Shown one piece after another: positions 1 to 9,243 of a stretch of 64,000 nucleotides of DNA (positions within the stretch are counted from its first letter, which is position 1; the number at the start of each line of letters is the position of its first letter). Origin of the DNA: Bacillota bacterium. GTDB taxonomy: Bacteria; Bacillota; Clostridia; Acetivibrionales; DTU013. The notes under the pieces were generated by a model, which saw only the letters and a list, made by a program, of their open reading frames with translations, searched no databases and was not told the DNA's origin. Made by a program: the position numbers and the translations under genes. The DNA lies in the NCBI GenBank assembly GCA_023409735.1, contig JAEYRB010000007.1, forward strand, positions 20,376 to 84,375, read 5' to 3'.

Positions 1-186
1 TTATTCCTATTTGCTAATTTTGTCAAATTCATTGCCATAATACTCCTTTTGTTAATAATTATTCTCATTCAAGGTAGTATTATACATATATTTTTATTGC
101 CAGCTTGATCAATGAAGATAAGTAAAAACAAATATAGGGAGCCGCGCTATCTGCAAGCCCCCTTATAAAATAGGTTCCAGTGATCT

Positions 187-672
187 TTACATACCACTCA
201 TAGGGTTGAATTGACTCATAAAAGGCATAGATCCCATATTGGGCATATTACCCATGCTCGGCATAGATCCCATATTAGGCATACTACCCATATTTGGCAT
301 AGTACCCATATTTGGCATAGTACCAAGCATACCATTTGCGCCCGCCGCTGGAAGAGAATTATTAGCGACAGCAGGGCTTATACCACTATACATCATGTTA
401 TTCATTGTACCAGCGCCCATTACATTTTGCCCATACATCATAGGGCACTGCATGTTCATCAGGTATGGACAACACATCATAGGCACCATCATTGGCGCTG
501 CAGTCATTGCTGGCATAGTTTCCATATTAGGTTGAACAGGCATCATATTAGGATTGGCTTGAATAGGCATTGTATTAGGGTTAGCCTGCATTTGCTGCAT
601 AGCTCCTGCTTGCTGCGTGTTTGTAAACTGTTCGCTGTTTACTTTTTCCTTCATTTTGATATCATCTCTCAT
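187..672 (-). CDS. Met/Asn/Pro-rich low-complexity protein with C-terminal MGxMPN hexapeptide repeats (function unknown)
   Basis: ORF 187..678. GGAGG (682-686) lies 9 nt from the second ATG (672). I count 38 Met in 163 residues. There are 6-7 tandem MG(T/S/N)MP(N/S) units. No family recognised. Confidence 0.5.
   Translation of the reverse strand: MRDDIKMKEKVNSEQFTNTQQAGAMQQMQANPNTMPIQANPNMMPVQPNMETMPAMTAAPMMVPMMCCPYLMNMQCPMMYGQNVMGAGTMNNMMYSGISPAVANNSLPAAGANGMLGTMPNMGTMPNMGSMPNMGSMPSMGNMPNMGSMPFMSQFNPMSGM
220..327 (-). repeat. 18-nt in-frame tandem repeat encoding the MGxMPN units
   Basis: Repeated catagatcccatattgggcat / catagtacccatatttggcat-type units are visible on the + strand. The periodicity leaves both strands free of stop codons. 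Confidence 0.7.
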
Positions 673-751
673 ATACATATTCCTCCGGTATTCCTTTAGT
701 ACAGTATATGATTTATGACATAATTGGTGAATTATTTCTTATGTTACTCCT

Positions 752-1453
752 TCAATACCTGCTCATATTTTGTATTATGAGCTCATCTCTAATATCAGAG
801 TAGCCTATTTTTACATAAACTAAATTTTCGCCCTCATTAAACCAGCTAAATGAGTTGTCTGACTTTTCCGAAAGCTTGATTGCAAGCCTGGCTGCAAGGT
901 ATATCTCACCGTTTTCCAATCCTCTCTGATTATCAAGCTTCACTTCGAGGACTTCAATTTTGGGGGCAGCGTTCTTCATTGCTTGCGTATACTCATCGAT
1001 GTTGGTGGTCCTGTTCTTAATAAGGACTCCAGCAAACTCCAGTTCATACGCCTTTGCATAATCTTCCTGATTTAAGGCCGCCACATAATCCGCAAATGGT
1101 TTTGATATCGCTTCAGTATTCAGGAACTGCTTTATATTATTAACAAAATCAGTCCTGTTAATCAGCTCCTCACGCACTCCATCCTTCTCTGCATTTGCCG
1201 AGTCCACAGCCTTGTTCAGCCTCTCATTTTCCTTCTTTATTTGGTCGAGCTCATTAAGCAGAGTTCTGTTCTCCTCCTCAAGGGAGCTGATTTCCCTTTT
1301 TTGAGCGCTGATATTGGAACTATTGCTGGCACTCACATTTTCAAGATTCTTTATGGCCTGCTCCTTGCTTTCTCTATCCAGTAGAAGATAATTAAAGCCA
1401 ATCAGCAACGCGGTAAGAAGAACAAAAACCATTACAAGGGTCAGTTTTTTCAT
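752..1453 (-). CDS. Membrane-anchored coiled-coil protein, function unknown
   Basis: N-terminal hydrophobic helix (LTLVMVFVLLTALLIGFNYLLL), followed by a heptad-like E/K/L/N-rich segment. No motif recognised. Confidence 0.6.
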   Translation of the reverse strand: MKKLTLVMVFVLLTALLIGFNYLLLDRESKEQAIKNLENVSASNSSNISAQKREISSLEEENRTLLNELDQIKKENERLNKAVDSANAEKDGVREELINRTDFVNNIKQFLNTEAISKPFADYVAALNQEDYAKAYELEFAGVLIKNRTTNIDEYTQAMKNAAPKIEVLEVKLDNQRGLENGEIYLAARLAIKLSEKSDNSFSWFNEGENLVYVKIGYSDIRDELIIQNMSRY

Positions 1454-1495
1454 AACACACCACCTTAATGACGGTAGAATACCGATACTATAAGC

Positions 1496-2263
1496 TTATT
1501 CTATTCTGAAAAGTCTCTTAGCATTTGATGTTGTGATCTGTTCAATATACTCAGTGGGTCTAGCCCTCAACTCCGCTATTTTTTTAGCTACCAGGCCTAT
1601 ATAAGCCGATTCATTTCTATGTCCTCTATGGGGCTCAGGTGTCATATACGGGCAATCCGTTTCTATAAGCAGCATATCGTCCGGAACATATTTTGCGACC
1701 TCCAAGAGCCTTTTGGCATTCTTAAATGTGACAGCTCCGCCGATTGATATTAGTAAATTATTATTCATTGCTTCCCTTGCCATTTCAATACTTCCAGAAA
1801 AGCAATGGAGTACACCGCCGATTGATTTTACATTTTCTTCCTTAACAATCGACATAATATCCTCATGTGAGTCCCTATCATGGATAATAACAGGCAGCTT
1901 CATACTCTTGGCTACCTCTATCTGCTTTTTAAACCATAGCTTCTGCACTTCCCGCGGGGTATTTTCATAATGATAATCGAGGCCTATCTCTCCAATAGCA
2001 ACAACCTTTGAATAAGTGGCGAAATCCGTTAAAGCTGATATTACATTATTATTCATATCAATTGTACCGTTAGGATGAACCCCGACAGAAGCATATATAA
2101 AATCATATTCCTGGGAAAGTGAAACGCTTTCTACTGAAGAAGCAACATCAAATGATGCTGATATTATATATTCAACTCCGGCCTTTTTGGCACGATCTAT
2201 AGACTCTTTACGATCTGAGTCAAACTGTGAATCATTAAAATGCGCATGCGTATCAAACAGCAT
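1496..2263 (-). CDS. TatD family metal-dependent hydrolase (YabD-like)
   Basis: N-terminal MLFDTHAHFND motif, plus GEIGLDY and IHDRD motifs and a C-terminal ETDCPY motif. Located downstream of metG, as yabD is in B. subtilis. Confidence 0.9.
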   Translation of the reverse strand: MLFDTHAHFNDSQFDSDRKESIDRAKKAGVEYIISASFDVASSVESVSLSQEYDFIYASVGVHPNGTIDMNNNVISALTDFATYSKVVAIGEIGLDYHYENTPREVQKLWFKKQIEVAKSMKLPVIIHDRDSHEDIMSIVKEENVKSIGGVLHCFSGSIEMAREAMNNNLLISIGGAVTFKNAKRLLEVAKYVPDDMLLIETDCPYMTPEPHRGHRNESAYIGLVAKKIAELRARPTEYIEQITTSNAKRLFRIE

Positions 2264-2361
2264 TTTTTACCTCTCGCATTCTGTATATTATTGATGTTAC
2301 ATATCATTATAACACTTTAGTTCAAAGAAAATTTACTCAAGCTTTGTAATATAATCAGGCC

Positions 2362-3294
2362 TTATAGCTCGAAAACTTCGCCATTATAATTTGTTACGAT
2401 GACCTTGAAGCTATATTCCGGATAACTATTTTTTTCCATAGGTGCTCCCGTTGTCGCATGAGGTATCTTGATCATATAGCTCCCCGTTTCTATTCCCTTT
2501 TCATCAACAAAAGTAGGACCATACTCAGCTTCCGGAACGTCTGACGATATATTAGTCTCGCCTGAGGCAATCATTACATTAATCCTATCTCTGGTCTTTG
2601 CATTAGCTATATTAAGGTCTGTTACATCCTTTGAAAATACCTCTTTGTCTTCCAAGAAGGCCTTAATTACAACACTTTTTATTTTTAAGGCTGCCTGACC
2701 GAAGGTCATGTTATTAATTACAACAGAATAATTAGTTCCTTCCGCTCCACTTTCTGTACCGTTCTCCATCATTCTTATTCTATTCTCATAGTCATTCTTC
2801 ATATTGCCGGAATAAAAATCCGTATTGAGTTTTTTTCGGCTTCTATCAGCTGATTCCTGATATACATTGAAGATATAATTATATTTATAGGGAAGTGTAA
2901 GCTCGCAAGTATAATTTAGGCCATTTTCAGATATGCACTCGATATCAGTTGCTTCTGTGTTGTTTTCATCAGTCGCATTAAGGTAAACTCTTGACCCGCT
3001 GTCCGCCTGTTTAAGTGTTAATTTAACCAATGCTTTTATCGACTTGGTTTCAGTATCTATGCCCGTATAGGTTAGGCTAAAATCGGTAACCAAATTATTC
3101 TGCTGGTTTAAAAGCCACTCTACTCTGTCTGAAATAGAGTTGCTTAAATTGTTCATGTCAGACCTGGCTATTGAAATATCAGCTTTTAAAGCACTGATTT
3201 CTTCCTTAAATTTAACATTTTGGTAAAAAATCAGTATAGCAATAGCTACAATTCCAATAATAATAGTATTATACTTCCATCGGTATTCCTGCAT
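2362..3294 (-). CDS. Membrane-anchored hypothetical protein
   Basis: Single N-terminal TM segment (IIIGIVAIAILIFY) and a short coiled coil. The rest is unrecognised. Confidence 0.6.
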   Translation of the reverse strand: MQEYRWKYNTIIIGIVAIAILIFYQNVKFKEEISALKADISIARSDMNNLSNSISDRVEWLLNQQNNLVTDFSLTYTGIDTETKSIKALVKLTLKQADSGSRVYLNATDENNTEATDIECISENGLNYTCELTLPYKYNYIFNVYQESADRSRKKLNTDFYSGNMKNDYENRIRMMENGTESGAEGTNYSVVINNMTFGQAALKIKSVVIKAFLEDKEVFSKDVTDLNIANAKTRDRINVMIASGETNISSDVPEAEYGPTFVDEKGIETGSYMIKIPHATTGAPMEKNSYPEYSFKVIVTNYNGEVFEL

Positions 3295-3498
3295 AAGCTA
3301 CCACCTATTATTAATATTGGTCTTCTTCTCAATATAGATTATTCTCTACTACCATTGTACTGCCAGTAAAATCCAGCCGCACAAGAATATTATACATCGA
3401 TAATACTCATTAGCAAGCATTAGTATATAGCGTAATCACACTTTGGTTCAGGCTCAAAGTTATTTAAGGCATATTGCGTATGAATTGCCAGCCTGTAA

Positions 3499-5481
3499 TT
3501 ACCGTACCTTAGAGCCGCTGTCAATAGTACCGTCAAGCGTTGCAACTACCAGGCCGGCATCATTGGATGCGGCAAGAATCATACCCTGAGACTCTATACC
3601 TTTTAGCTTAACAGGCTTTAAGTTAGCAACCAATATTACAGATTTGCCCACAAGGCTCTCAGGTGAATAATACTTGGCAATGCCAGATACGACCTGCCTC
3701 TTTTCACCGCCCATTTCTACGCATAGCTTAAGCAGCTTATCCGAGCCCTCTACCTTGGATGCCTCTAAAACCTTCACTACACGAAGATCAAGCTTTGCAA
3801 AGTCATCAATGGTTATGAGCCCTGCATCAGCTTCCTTACAGGAATCATTCTTAGACGAATTCGATGCCTTTGCGGCAGCCGCCGGTGCTTCTGTCTTCTT
3901 CGCTGATACAGGATTAAGCTTTTCCAGCTCTTCCATTTCTTTTTTCATATCTATTCTTGGGAATATTACTTCACCCTTAACAACAGCTGCACCTTCAGGG
4001 TAGATACCCCATTTCTTTGAGCTCTCCCAACCAAGTACGGTGCTTTCGGATATACCAAGCTGACTCCATATCTTTTCCGGAGTCATCGGCATAAATGGCT
4101 GCAGCAGTATTGATATTACCCTAAGGCTTTCTGCCAGATGGTACATTACGCCGGCAAGTCTTCCCTTATTTTCTTCTGACTTGGCGAGCACCCATGGCAT
4201 AGTTTCATCAATATATTTATTCGTTCTGGAAATGACCTTCCATATTTCAGTAAGCGCCGAGCTGAACTGCAGCTTATCCAAAAGCTCCTCGACCTTTTCA
4301 GGCAACTGACCTACAGCACTTTCAAGCTCACTGTCAAAGTCGCCTGAAGTTCTGTCTGATGGAATAACTCCTCTAAAATACTTATCTATCATAGCAACAG
4401 TTCTGCTTACAAGGTTACCCAAGTCATTGGCAAGATCTGAGTTTATTCTCTGTATAAGAGCTTCATTTGAGAAAACTCCGTCAGATCCGAACGGGACCTC
4501 TCTTAACAGGAAGTACCTCACCGCATCTACTCCGTACTTATTGATAAGCACGACCGGGTCAACAACATTTCCCTTGGATTTGGACATTTTGCCACCCTCA
4601 AGCAGAAGCCATCCATGTCCGAATACCTGCTTTGGAAGCGGCAGACCTAATGCCATCAGCATTGCAGGCCATATAATAGTATGGAAACGTACTATCTCCT
4701 TACCAACAAGATGCACATCAGCAGGCCAGTATTTCTTGTAATCCGATTCATCATCAGAAAGGTAGCCTAGTGCGGAAATGTAGTTGGACAGAGCATCTAT
4801 CCAAACATATACAACATGTTTATCATCAAACGTAACAGGTATGCCCCAGTTGAAGGTAGTCCTTGAAACACATAGGTCTTCAAGACCGGGCTTAAGGAAG
4901 TTATTTATCATCTCGTTCTGTCTCGAAACAGGCTGAATGAACTCAGGATTGTCCTCAATATGCTTAATGATCCTGCCCTGATATTTTGAAAGCTTAAAGA
5001 AATAGCTTTCCTCCCTTGTGATCTCAACCTCGCCGCCACAGTCCGGACATTTGCCGTCTACAAGCTGTGTCTTGGTCCAGAAGGATTCGCAAGGAGTACA
5101 GTACCAGCCCTCATACTCACTTTTATATATATCACCATTATCATACAGCTTCTTAAATATCTTCTGTACTGCTTCCTGATGCTGTTTATCAGTAGTCCTG
5201 ATAAACCTGTCGTTTGAAATCTCCATCAGCTTCCACAGGTCTTTGATACCTGCTACGATATCATCTACATACTGCTGAGGCGTAACGCCCTTAGCTTCAG
5301 CCTTTCTTTGTATTTTAAGGCCATGCTCATCAGTACCTGTAAGGAACATAACATCAAAGCCCGTAAGTCTCTTATATCTTGAAATAGCATCAGCAGCTAC
5401 TGTTGTATATGAATGCCCTATGTGCAGTTTATCACTTGGATAATAAATAGGTGTAGTAATATAAAAGGTTTTCTTCTCCAT
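3499..5481 (-). CDS. metG: Methionine--tRNA ligase with C-terminal tRNA-binding (Trbp111/EMAP-like) domain
   Basis: HIGH motif (KLHIGHSY), KMSKS motif (GKMSKSKGN), a Zn knuckle (CTPCESF...CPDCGG) and a C-terminal LDLRVVKVLEA...GIESQGMILAA domain. The start is moved to Met14, because GGAGG lies 6 nt upstream of the ATG at 5481. Confidence 0.95.
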   Translation of the reverse strand: MEKKTFYITTPIYYPSDKLHIGHSYTTVAADAISRYKRLTGFDVMFLTGTDEHGLKIQRKAEAKGVTPQQYVDDIVAGIKDLWKLMEISNDRFIRTTDKQHQEAVQKIFKKLYDNGDIYKSEYEGWYCTPCESFWTKTQLVDGKCPDCGGEVEITREESYFFKLSKYQGRIIKHIEDNPEFIQPVSRQNEMINNFLKPGLEDLCVSRTTFNWGIPVTFDDKHVVYVWIDALSNYISALGYLSDDESDYKKYWPADVHLVGKEIVRFHTIIWPAMLMALGLPLPKQVFGHGWLLLEGGKMSKSKGNVVDPVVLINKYGVDAVRYFLLREVPFGSDGVFSNEALIQRINSDLANDLGNLVSRTVAMIDKYFRGVIPSDRTSGDFDSELESAVGQLPEKVEELLDKLQFSSALTEIWKVISRTNKYIDETMPWVLAKSEENKGRLAGVMYHLAESLRVISILLQPFMPMTPEKIWSQLGISESTVLGWESSKKWGIYPEGAAVVKGEVIFPRIDMKKEMEELEKLNPVSAKKTEAPAAAAKASNSSKNDSCKEADAGLITIDDFAKLDLRVVKVLEASKVEGSDKLLKLCVEMGGEKRQVVSGIAKYYSPESLVGKSVILVANLKPVKLKGIESQGMILAASNDAGLVVATLDGTIDSGSKVR

Positions 5482-5550
5482 TTGATGCCTCCAGCAATTT
5501 GTTAAGTAAAGTTTTCCCAAAAAACGGCATGATTATTGATATCTCTTATT

Positions 5551-5579
5551 AATATACCTTTATAATCAAACTTTTTCAA
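5551..5579 (-). promoter_or_regulatory. Candidate sigma-A promoter of metG (TTGAAA-17-TATATT)
   Basis: Read on the minus strand: TTGAAA (5579-5574), a 17-nt spacer, then TATATT (5556-5551), about 70 nt upstream of the metG ATG. The -35 element lies inside the 27-bp repeat copy 1. Confidence 0.4.
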
Positions 5580-5594
5580 GAAGAACTTGGACAG
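5568..5594. repeat. 27-bp perfect direct repeat, copy 1 (AAACTTTTTCAAGAAGAACTTGGACAG)
   Basis: Identical 27-mer found again at 7191-7217. Confidence 0.9.
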
Positions 5595-5712
5595 AGGCGG
5601 GGGATTTTACCTTTACAAGGTATTATCACCTTTTTGCATCAGTCAACAGGGTAGGAACGTCAGCGCCATTTATTCCGATTATGTTTCCAAACACCGACCG
5701 AAGTGCTACATC

Positions 5713-6228
5713 ATGGATGCAGCTGAAAAGCAATATTTTTATAGTGAAAATGAGAATAGATCTTCTAAAGAAAATAATTGTCAAGATAGTGACATTTCTA
5801 TTCAAAATGCCGGAGCAGATGATGTAAAGCTTCTAGCTGCTATGAATCGGGAATTGATTCACGATGAAGGCAGTGAAAATCCCATGAGTCCAGAGCAGCT
5901 GGAGGAACGGATGAAAGGCTTTTTACTTACAGAGTACAAAGCTGTTCTGATTTTACTTGGCAATGAAATAGCAGGGTATTGTCTCTACAGAATGGATAAT
6001 CAAAAAGGCGAAACAAGCTTCGACATATATGTACGTCAATACTATATCAAACCGGTATTCAGACGGAAGGGTTTAGGGAAAAGAGCTTTCAGCATGCTTT
6101 TAGAAAGCACCTTTAGAAATGCAGCTTATGTAAAGCTGGACGTATTAATATCTAACCCCGGAGGGAAAGCCTTCTGGGCGAAGATTGGGTTTGAGACTTA
6201 TTGCCACAGCTTAAGAATAAAACCATAG
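5713..6228 (+). CDS. GNAT family N-acetyltransferase
   Basis: Acetyl-CoA binding signature (YYIKPVFRRKGLGKRAF) and the typical GNAT C-terminal FWAKIGF. The first ATG in the ORF is at 5713; the track's 5587 start is a TTG inside the repeat. Confidence 0.75.
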   Translation: MDAAEKQYFYSENENRSSKENNCQDSDISIQNAGADDVKLLAAMNRELIHDEGSENPMSPEQLEERMKGFLLTEYKAVLILLGNEIAGYCLYRMDNQKGETSFDIYVRQYYIKPVFRRKGLGKRAFSMLLESTFRNAAYVKLDVLISNPGGKAFWAKIGFETYCHSLRIKP

Positions 6229-6340
6229 GAGGCCGCTGTACCTACTTCGCCGAATAATCCATTTGAAGAATAGTTGTTAAACCTCCGTCTCCCTGTAAAG
6301 ATTTACTGACACATCCAGCTAATTCAAGTGAAAGTAAAGT

Positions 6341-6739
6341 GGCAGTAATATTAATATTTTGACAAAAATTCTGCCGGTGTTAATATTTCTGGATGGTCAA
6401 TATCAACTGCAGCAAAATCTTTATCCCCTGTTATGAGTACGTCAACATCTTCCAATATTGCTGTTGCAAGAATAGGATAATCATAAGCATCTCGTATTGC
6501 TGGAACTTATCCTTTTCAATAAAGGCAGGGGTATAAACAAACTCATAAGGTAATTCTGTCAGAAACTCATCTAACTCCTTTAATTTATGAGCAAATTTGC
6601 GTTTTACAACCCTATTAAGCTCCTCCATAATATGAGAACATAATACTATTGTATGCCTCTTACAAAGCTTTGCTTTGAGCTCGTTCATCTGTACTGATGG
6701 AAAGAAGATAATTGAAATCAGGACATTGGTATCAATCAT
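6341..6739 (-). pseudogene. PIN-domain (VapC-like) toxin, frameshifted
   Basis: The N-terminus MIDTNVLIS... is read in one frame up to ...IEKDK. The remaining PIN sequence, VPAIRDAYDYPILATAILEDVDVLITGDKDFAAVDIDHPEILTPAEFLSKY*, continues in a different frame, with stop codons immediately upstream of it in that frame. A 1-nt indel near 6499-6506 is implied. Confidence 0.75.
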
Positions 6740-6745
6740 TATTCG

Positions 6746-7006
6746 CTATCGCTCTTCCCACATTTCTTTTCTTATTTCTTTCACAAATTCATTCATTTCT
6801 TCTGGTGAATTATATCCTGCTTTTTGTGCTTCTCCTGCCATTGCATCCTGTATCCTATTAAACGCCAATAATTCAGCGTTTTCAAAATATATTCTGCCAT
6901 CTTGTTCTAAAAATATTACCTTATCGCCTTCTTTTAAATTAAGCTTTTTTCTGATTTCAATCGGTATTGTAATTTGACCTTTTGTTGTAACTCTTGCGAC
7001 TTCCAT
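6746..7006 (-). CDS. AbrB/MazE/SpoVT-type antitoxin (VapB-like)
   Basis: The N-terminal VTTKGQITIPIEIRKKLNLKEGDKV swapped-hairpin motif is present. It lies 6 nt upstream of the PIN gene, the classic antitoxin-toxin order. Confidence 0.8.
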   Translation of the reverse strand: MEVARVTTKGQITIPIEIRKKLNLKEGDKVIFLEQDGRIYFENAELLAFNRIQDAMAGEAQKAGYNSPEEMNEFVKEIRKEMWEER

Positions 7007-7190
7007 ATTTAAACTCCCTTCTTACTTTTATGTCTGTTCTTACATTCCTTACTTAATTATATTATATGATTTATATATGAAAATATCAATCAGATATAGA
7101 AAATGGAAACAGTATATATATTATTTAAGTTTTGTTTAGCTACTGTCAACCAGCGGAACCGTCCCCTTGGCTTTGCCCTTGGTTTTCATG

Positions 7191-7217
7191 AAACTTTTTC
7201 AAGAAGAACTTGGACAG
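7191..7217. repeat. 27-bp perfect direct repeat, copy 2
   Basis: Identical to 5568-5594. The flanking sequence on both sides is unrelated. Confidence 0.9.
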
Positions 7218-7280
7218 GTTAACACGGTATATACGAGAATTCAATGCTTTACACTTTTTATAAAACCATGGAAATTAGAG

Positions 7281-8186
7281 TTACGCCAATAATATTTCTG
7301 ATTGGAAGGCAACTATTGCTTTGCCTGAAATCTTAACTTCATAAGGCTCTTCGTTTTTTATTTTTACCTGAACGTCCATCGTTCCGGTTCGGTGAATCGC
7401 CTCACCCTGCATCGCACGAAAGTTGAACTGAGAACCAGTACTATTTACCTTTCTATAATAAACCAGATAAGCACCTAAAGGCCCGTTAGCATTGCCAGTA
7501 ACAGGATCTTCAGTAATCCCTATGGCAGGTGCGAACATCCTTCCATGCACCAAAATGTCGCTGTTAGTGTCTATTGTAAACACATAATATCCATTGCACT
7601 GAATGTCTTTGCTTATTTCAGCCAGACGACTGCTGTCCGGCAGAAGACGATTCAAATTTTCTCGGCTCTTGATGCCGATCAAGACTTTTGAATGACCGGT
7701 TGAAACAATTTGAACTGAATAGTTTTCAAGCAAATCCTTATGCCGCAACTTCAAAGCAGATAAAGTTGAATCCAAAGTCTCACCAGCTAAAATTTCCCCA
7801 AATTCAATTTTGCCCTGTGTCATAATTATTCGATAATCGTCGTTTTCTTTAAGAATATCAACAGGCAAGATTCCGGCACCGGTTTTCTGATAAATTCTTG
7901 TAGTTCCCATGTCCTTTTCGATTGCACGGGCATAATGCGCTGCAATCGTTGCATGTCCGCATACTGGGACTTCTTTTATTGGAGTGAAAAACCGGACTTC
8001 TACGTCGTATGTATTCTCCGAAGATGAAAAAATAAAGGCTGTTTCCGAATTGTTCAACTCTCTGGCTATTTTTTGCATTTCCTCAGCGTTAAGTCCGTCG
8101 GCATTTGTAATCACTCCTGCTGGATTGCCGGAAAATTTCTCTTTTGTAAAGGAATCGATTTGATAATAGCGATATTTTCTTGTCAT
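7281..8186 (-). CDS. PhzF family isomerase
   Basis: N-terminal YQIDSFT..F.GNPAGV, SETAFI, and C-terminal FAPAIGI.EDPVTGNANG, all typical of PhzF/YddE proteins. Confidence 0.85.
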   Translation of the reverse strand: MTRKYRYYQIDSFTKEKFSGNPAGVITNADGLNAEEMQKIARELNNSETAFIFSSSENTYDVEVRFFTPIKEVPVCGHATIAAHYARAIEKDMGTTRIYQKTGAGILPVDILKENDDYRIIMTQGKIEFGEILAGETLDSTLSALKLRHKDLLENYSVQIVSTGHSKVLIGIKSRENLNRLLPDSSRLAEISKDIQCNGYYVFTIDTNSDILVHGRMFAPAIGITEDPVTGNANGPLGAYLVYYRKVNSTGSQFNFRAMQGEAIHRTGTMDVQVKIKNEEPYEVKISGKAIVAFQSEILLA

Positions 8187-8310
8187 GTTGGCCCCCTGTG
8201 AACTAGTGTCTGTTGCTTCGTATTATAACAGGGATTATAATACAAGTGAAAGCATCGGACAATAATGCACTTTTTTATCAGATACTTACCATTTTGTTAG
8301 AAGGATCTAT

Positions 8311-8673
8311 ATGCAGAAGGTTGAATTGAAGGGATTCCATGATCTTGAAAAACGCCAAAAAGATTTTAACTGCTCTATTGGATTTGCAATGACTGTAATT
8401 GGAAGTAAGTGGCGGGCAATTATACTTTGGCATATCTTAAAACAAACTCCCATACGATATGGCCAGCTAAAGATTCAGATTCCTCATATCAGTCATAAAA
8501 TTCTGTCACAAGAATTGAAGTATCTTGAAATGGATGGATTGATTCAGAGAATTCCATACCCATCCATCCCTCCTAAAGTGGAATATATCTCCACAGAGAA
8601 GGGAAAATCCTTAGAACATATTTTGTCAGAGCTATGCGAGTGGGGCAAGAAATATATGAAATCGGATGTGTAG
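8311..8673 (+). CDS. HxlR family transcriptional regulator
   Basis: CSIGFAMTVIGSKWRAIILWHL...RYGQL...IS.K.LSQELK.LE.DGLI.R..Y...PPKVEY is the canonical HxlR winged helix. Divergent from the PhzF gene. Confidence 0.85.
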   Translation: MQKVELKGFHDLEKRQKDFNCSIGFAMTVIGSKWRAIILWHILKQTPIRYGQLKIQIPHISHKILSQELKYLEMDGLIQRIPYPSIPPKVEYISTEKGKSLEHILSELCEWGKKYMKSDV

Positions 8674-8739
8674 TATCATTTTGGCATACTTATTATTATC
8701 AAACTGATAACAGGACATAAGGCAGCAGCAAAATAGTGC

Positions 8740-9243
8740 TCAGCGCACAGCAATTTTCTGAAAGGCCAGCCTTTCAGAGCCATCTTTCAAATAAATTATT
8801 CCGCAGTAAGAGAAGCCCATTTTTTTCAGCAGACCCTGCATGGGAATATTATCACGATGTGTATCTATTCTCAGATTCCCGCAATCAGCAAGGCACCAGC
8901 TCAGACAATAGGATGCCACGCCTCTCTTATTGGCAGCTGATGCTATCCTGTGTACTACGCCATAGGGCTCGCTGTTCAGCCATTCGCCTTCATATATTTT
9001 CTCATAGGTGGGTTCTATTCCCCTTATGTATGCAAAAACTCCTGCAATACTTCCATCAAGTATACATACATAGCTGTTATTGTCAGCAATATCACCTGCA
9101 ACCTCCTCATAACCGGGGTAACCGTTAATCCACTGGTGCATATTCCCATTTTCCCGCATATACTCCCGTGCAATACTGTAAATTTTCATAACCTCATCTA
9201 TCTCTTCAAGCCTAGCATGCCTTATCTCCATCAGTCTTTTCAC
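8740..9243 (-). CDS. GNAT family N-acetyltransferase
   Basis: GNAT-like layout: IRHARLEEIDEV..., then HRIASAANKRGVAS in the acetyl-CoA loop position, then a C-terminal KKMGF. Confidence 0.8.
   Translation of the reverse strand: MKRLMEIRHARLEEIDEVMKIYSIAREYMRENGNMHQWINGYPGYEEVAGDIADNNSYVCILDGSIAGVFAYIRGIEPTYEKIYEGEWLNSEPYGVVHRIASAANKRGVASYCLSWCLADCGNLRIDTHRDNIPMQGLLKKMGFSYCGIIYLKDGSERLAFQKIAVR

Noticed and set aside
1-38. Possible 5' end of a minus-strand gene running off the left edge (ATG at 38 preceded by GGAG; MAMNLTKLANRN...)
   Set aside because: Only 12 codons are visible, which is too little to support a call.
211-699. Plus-strand ORFs 211..699 (His/Arg-rich) and 239..535, antisense to the Met-rich gene
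   Set aside because: The 18-nt repeat periodicity removes stop codons on both strands. Only the minus-strand frame has a well-spaced GGAGG. The plus-strand ORFs start at a TTG or ATG without an SD.
3674-4741. Plus-strand ORFs inside metG (3674..4003, 4427..4741). Similar antisense ORFs occur inside many other genes, for example 13135..13521, 22195..22650, 30823..31332, 43108..43530, 46531..47034 and 59995..60492.
   Set aside because: All lie antisense within strongly supported conserved genes, lack an SD and have no motifs. They are typical shadow ORFs.
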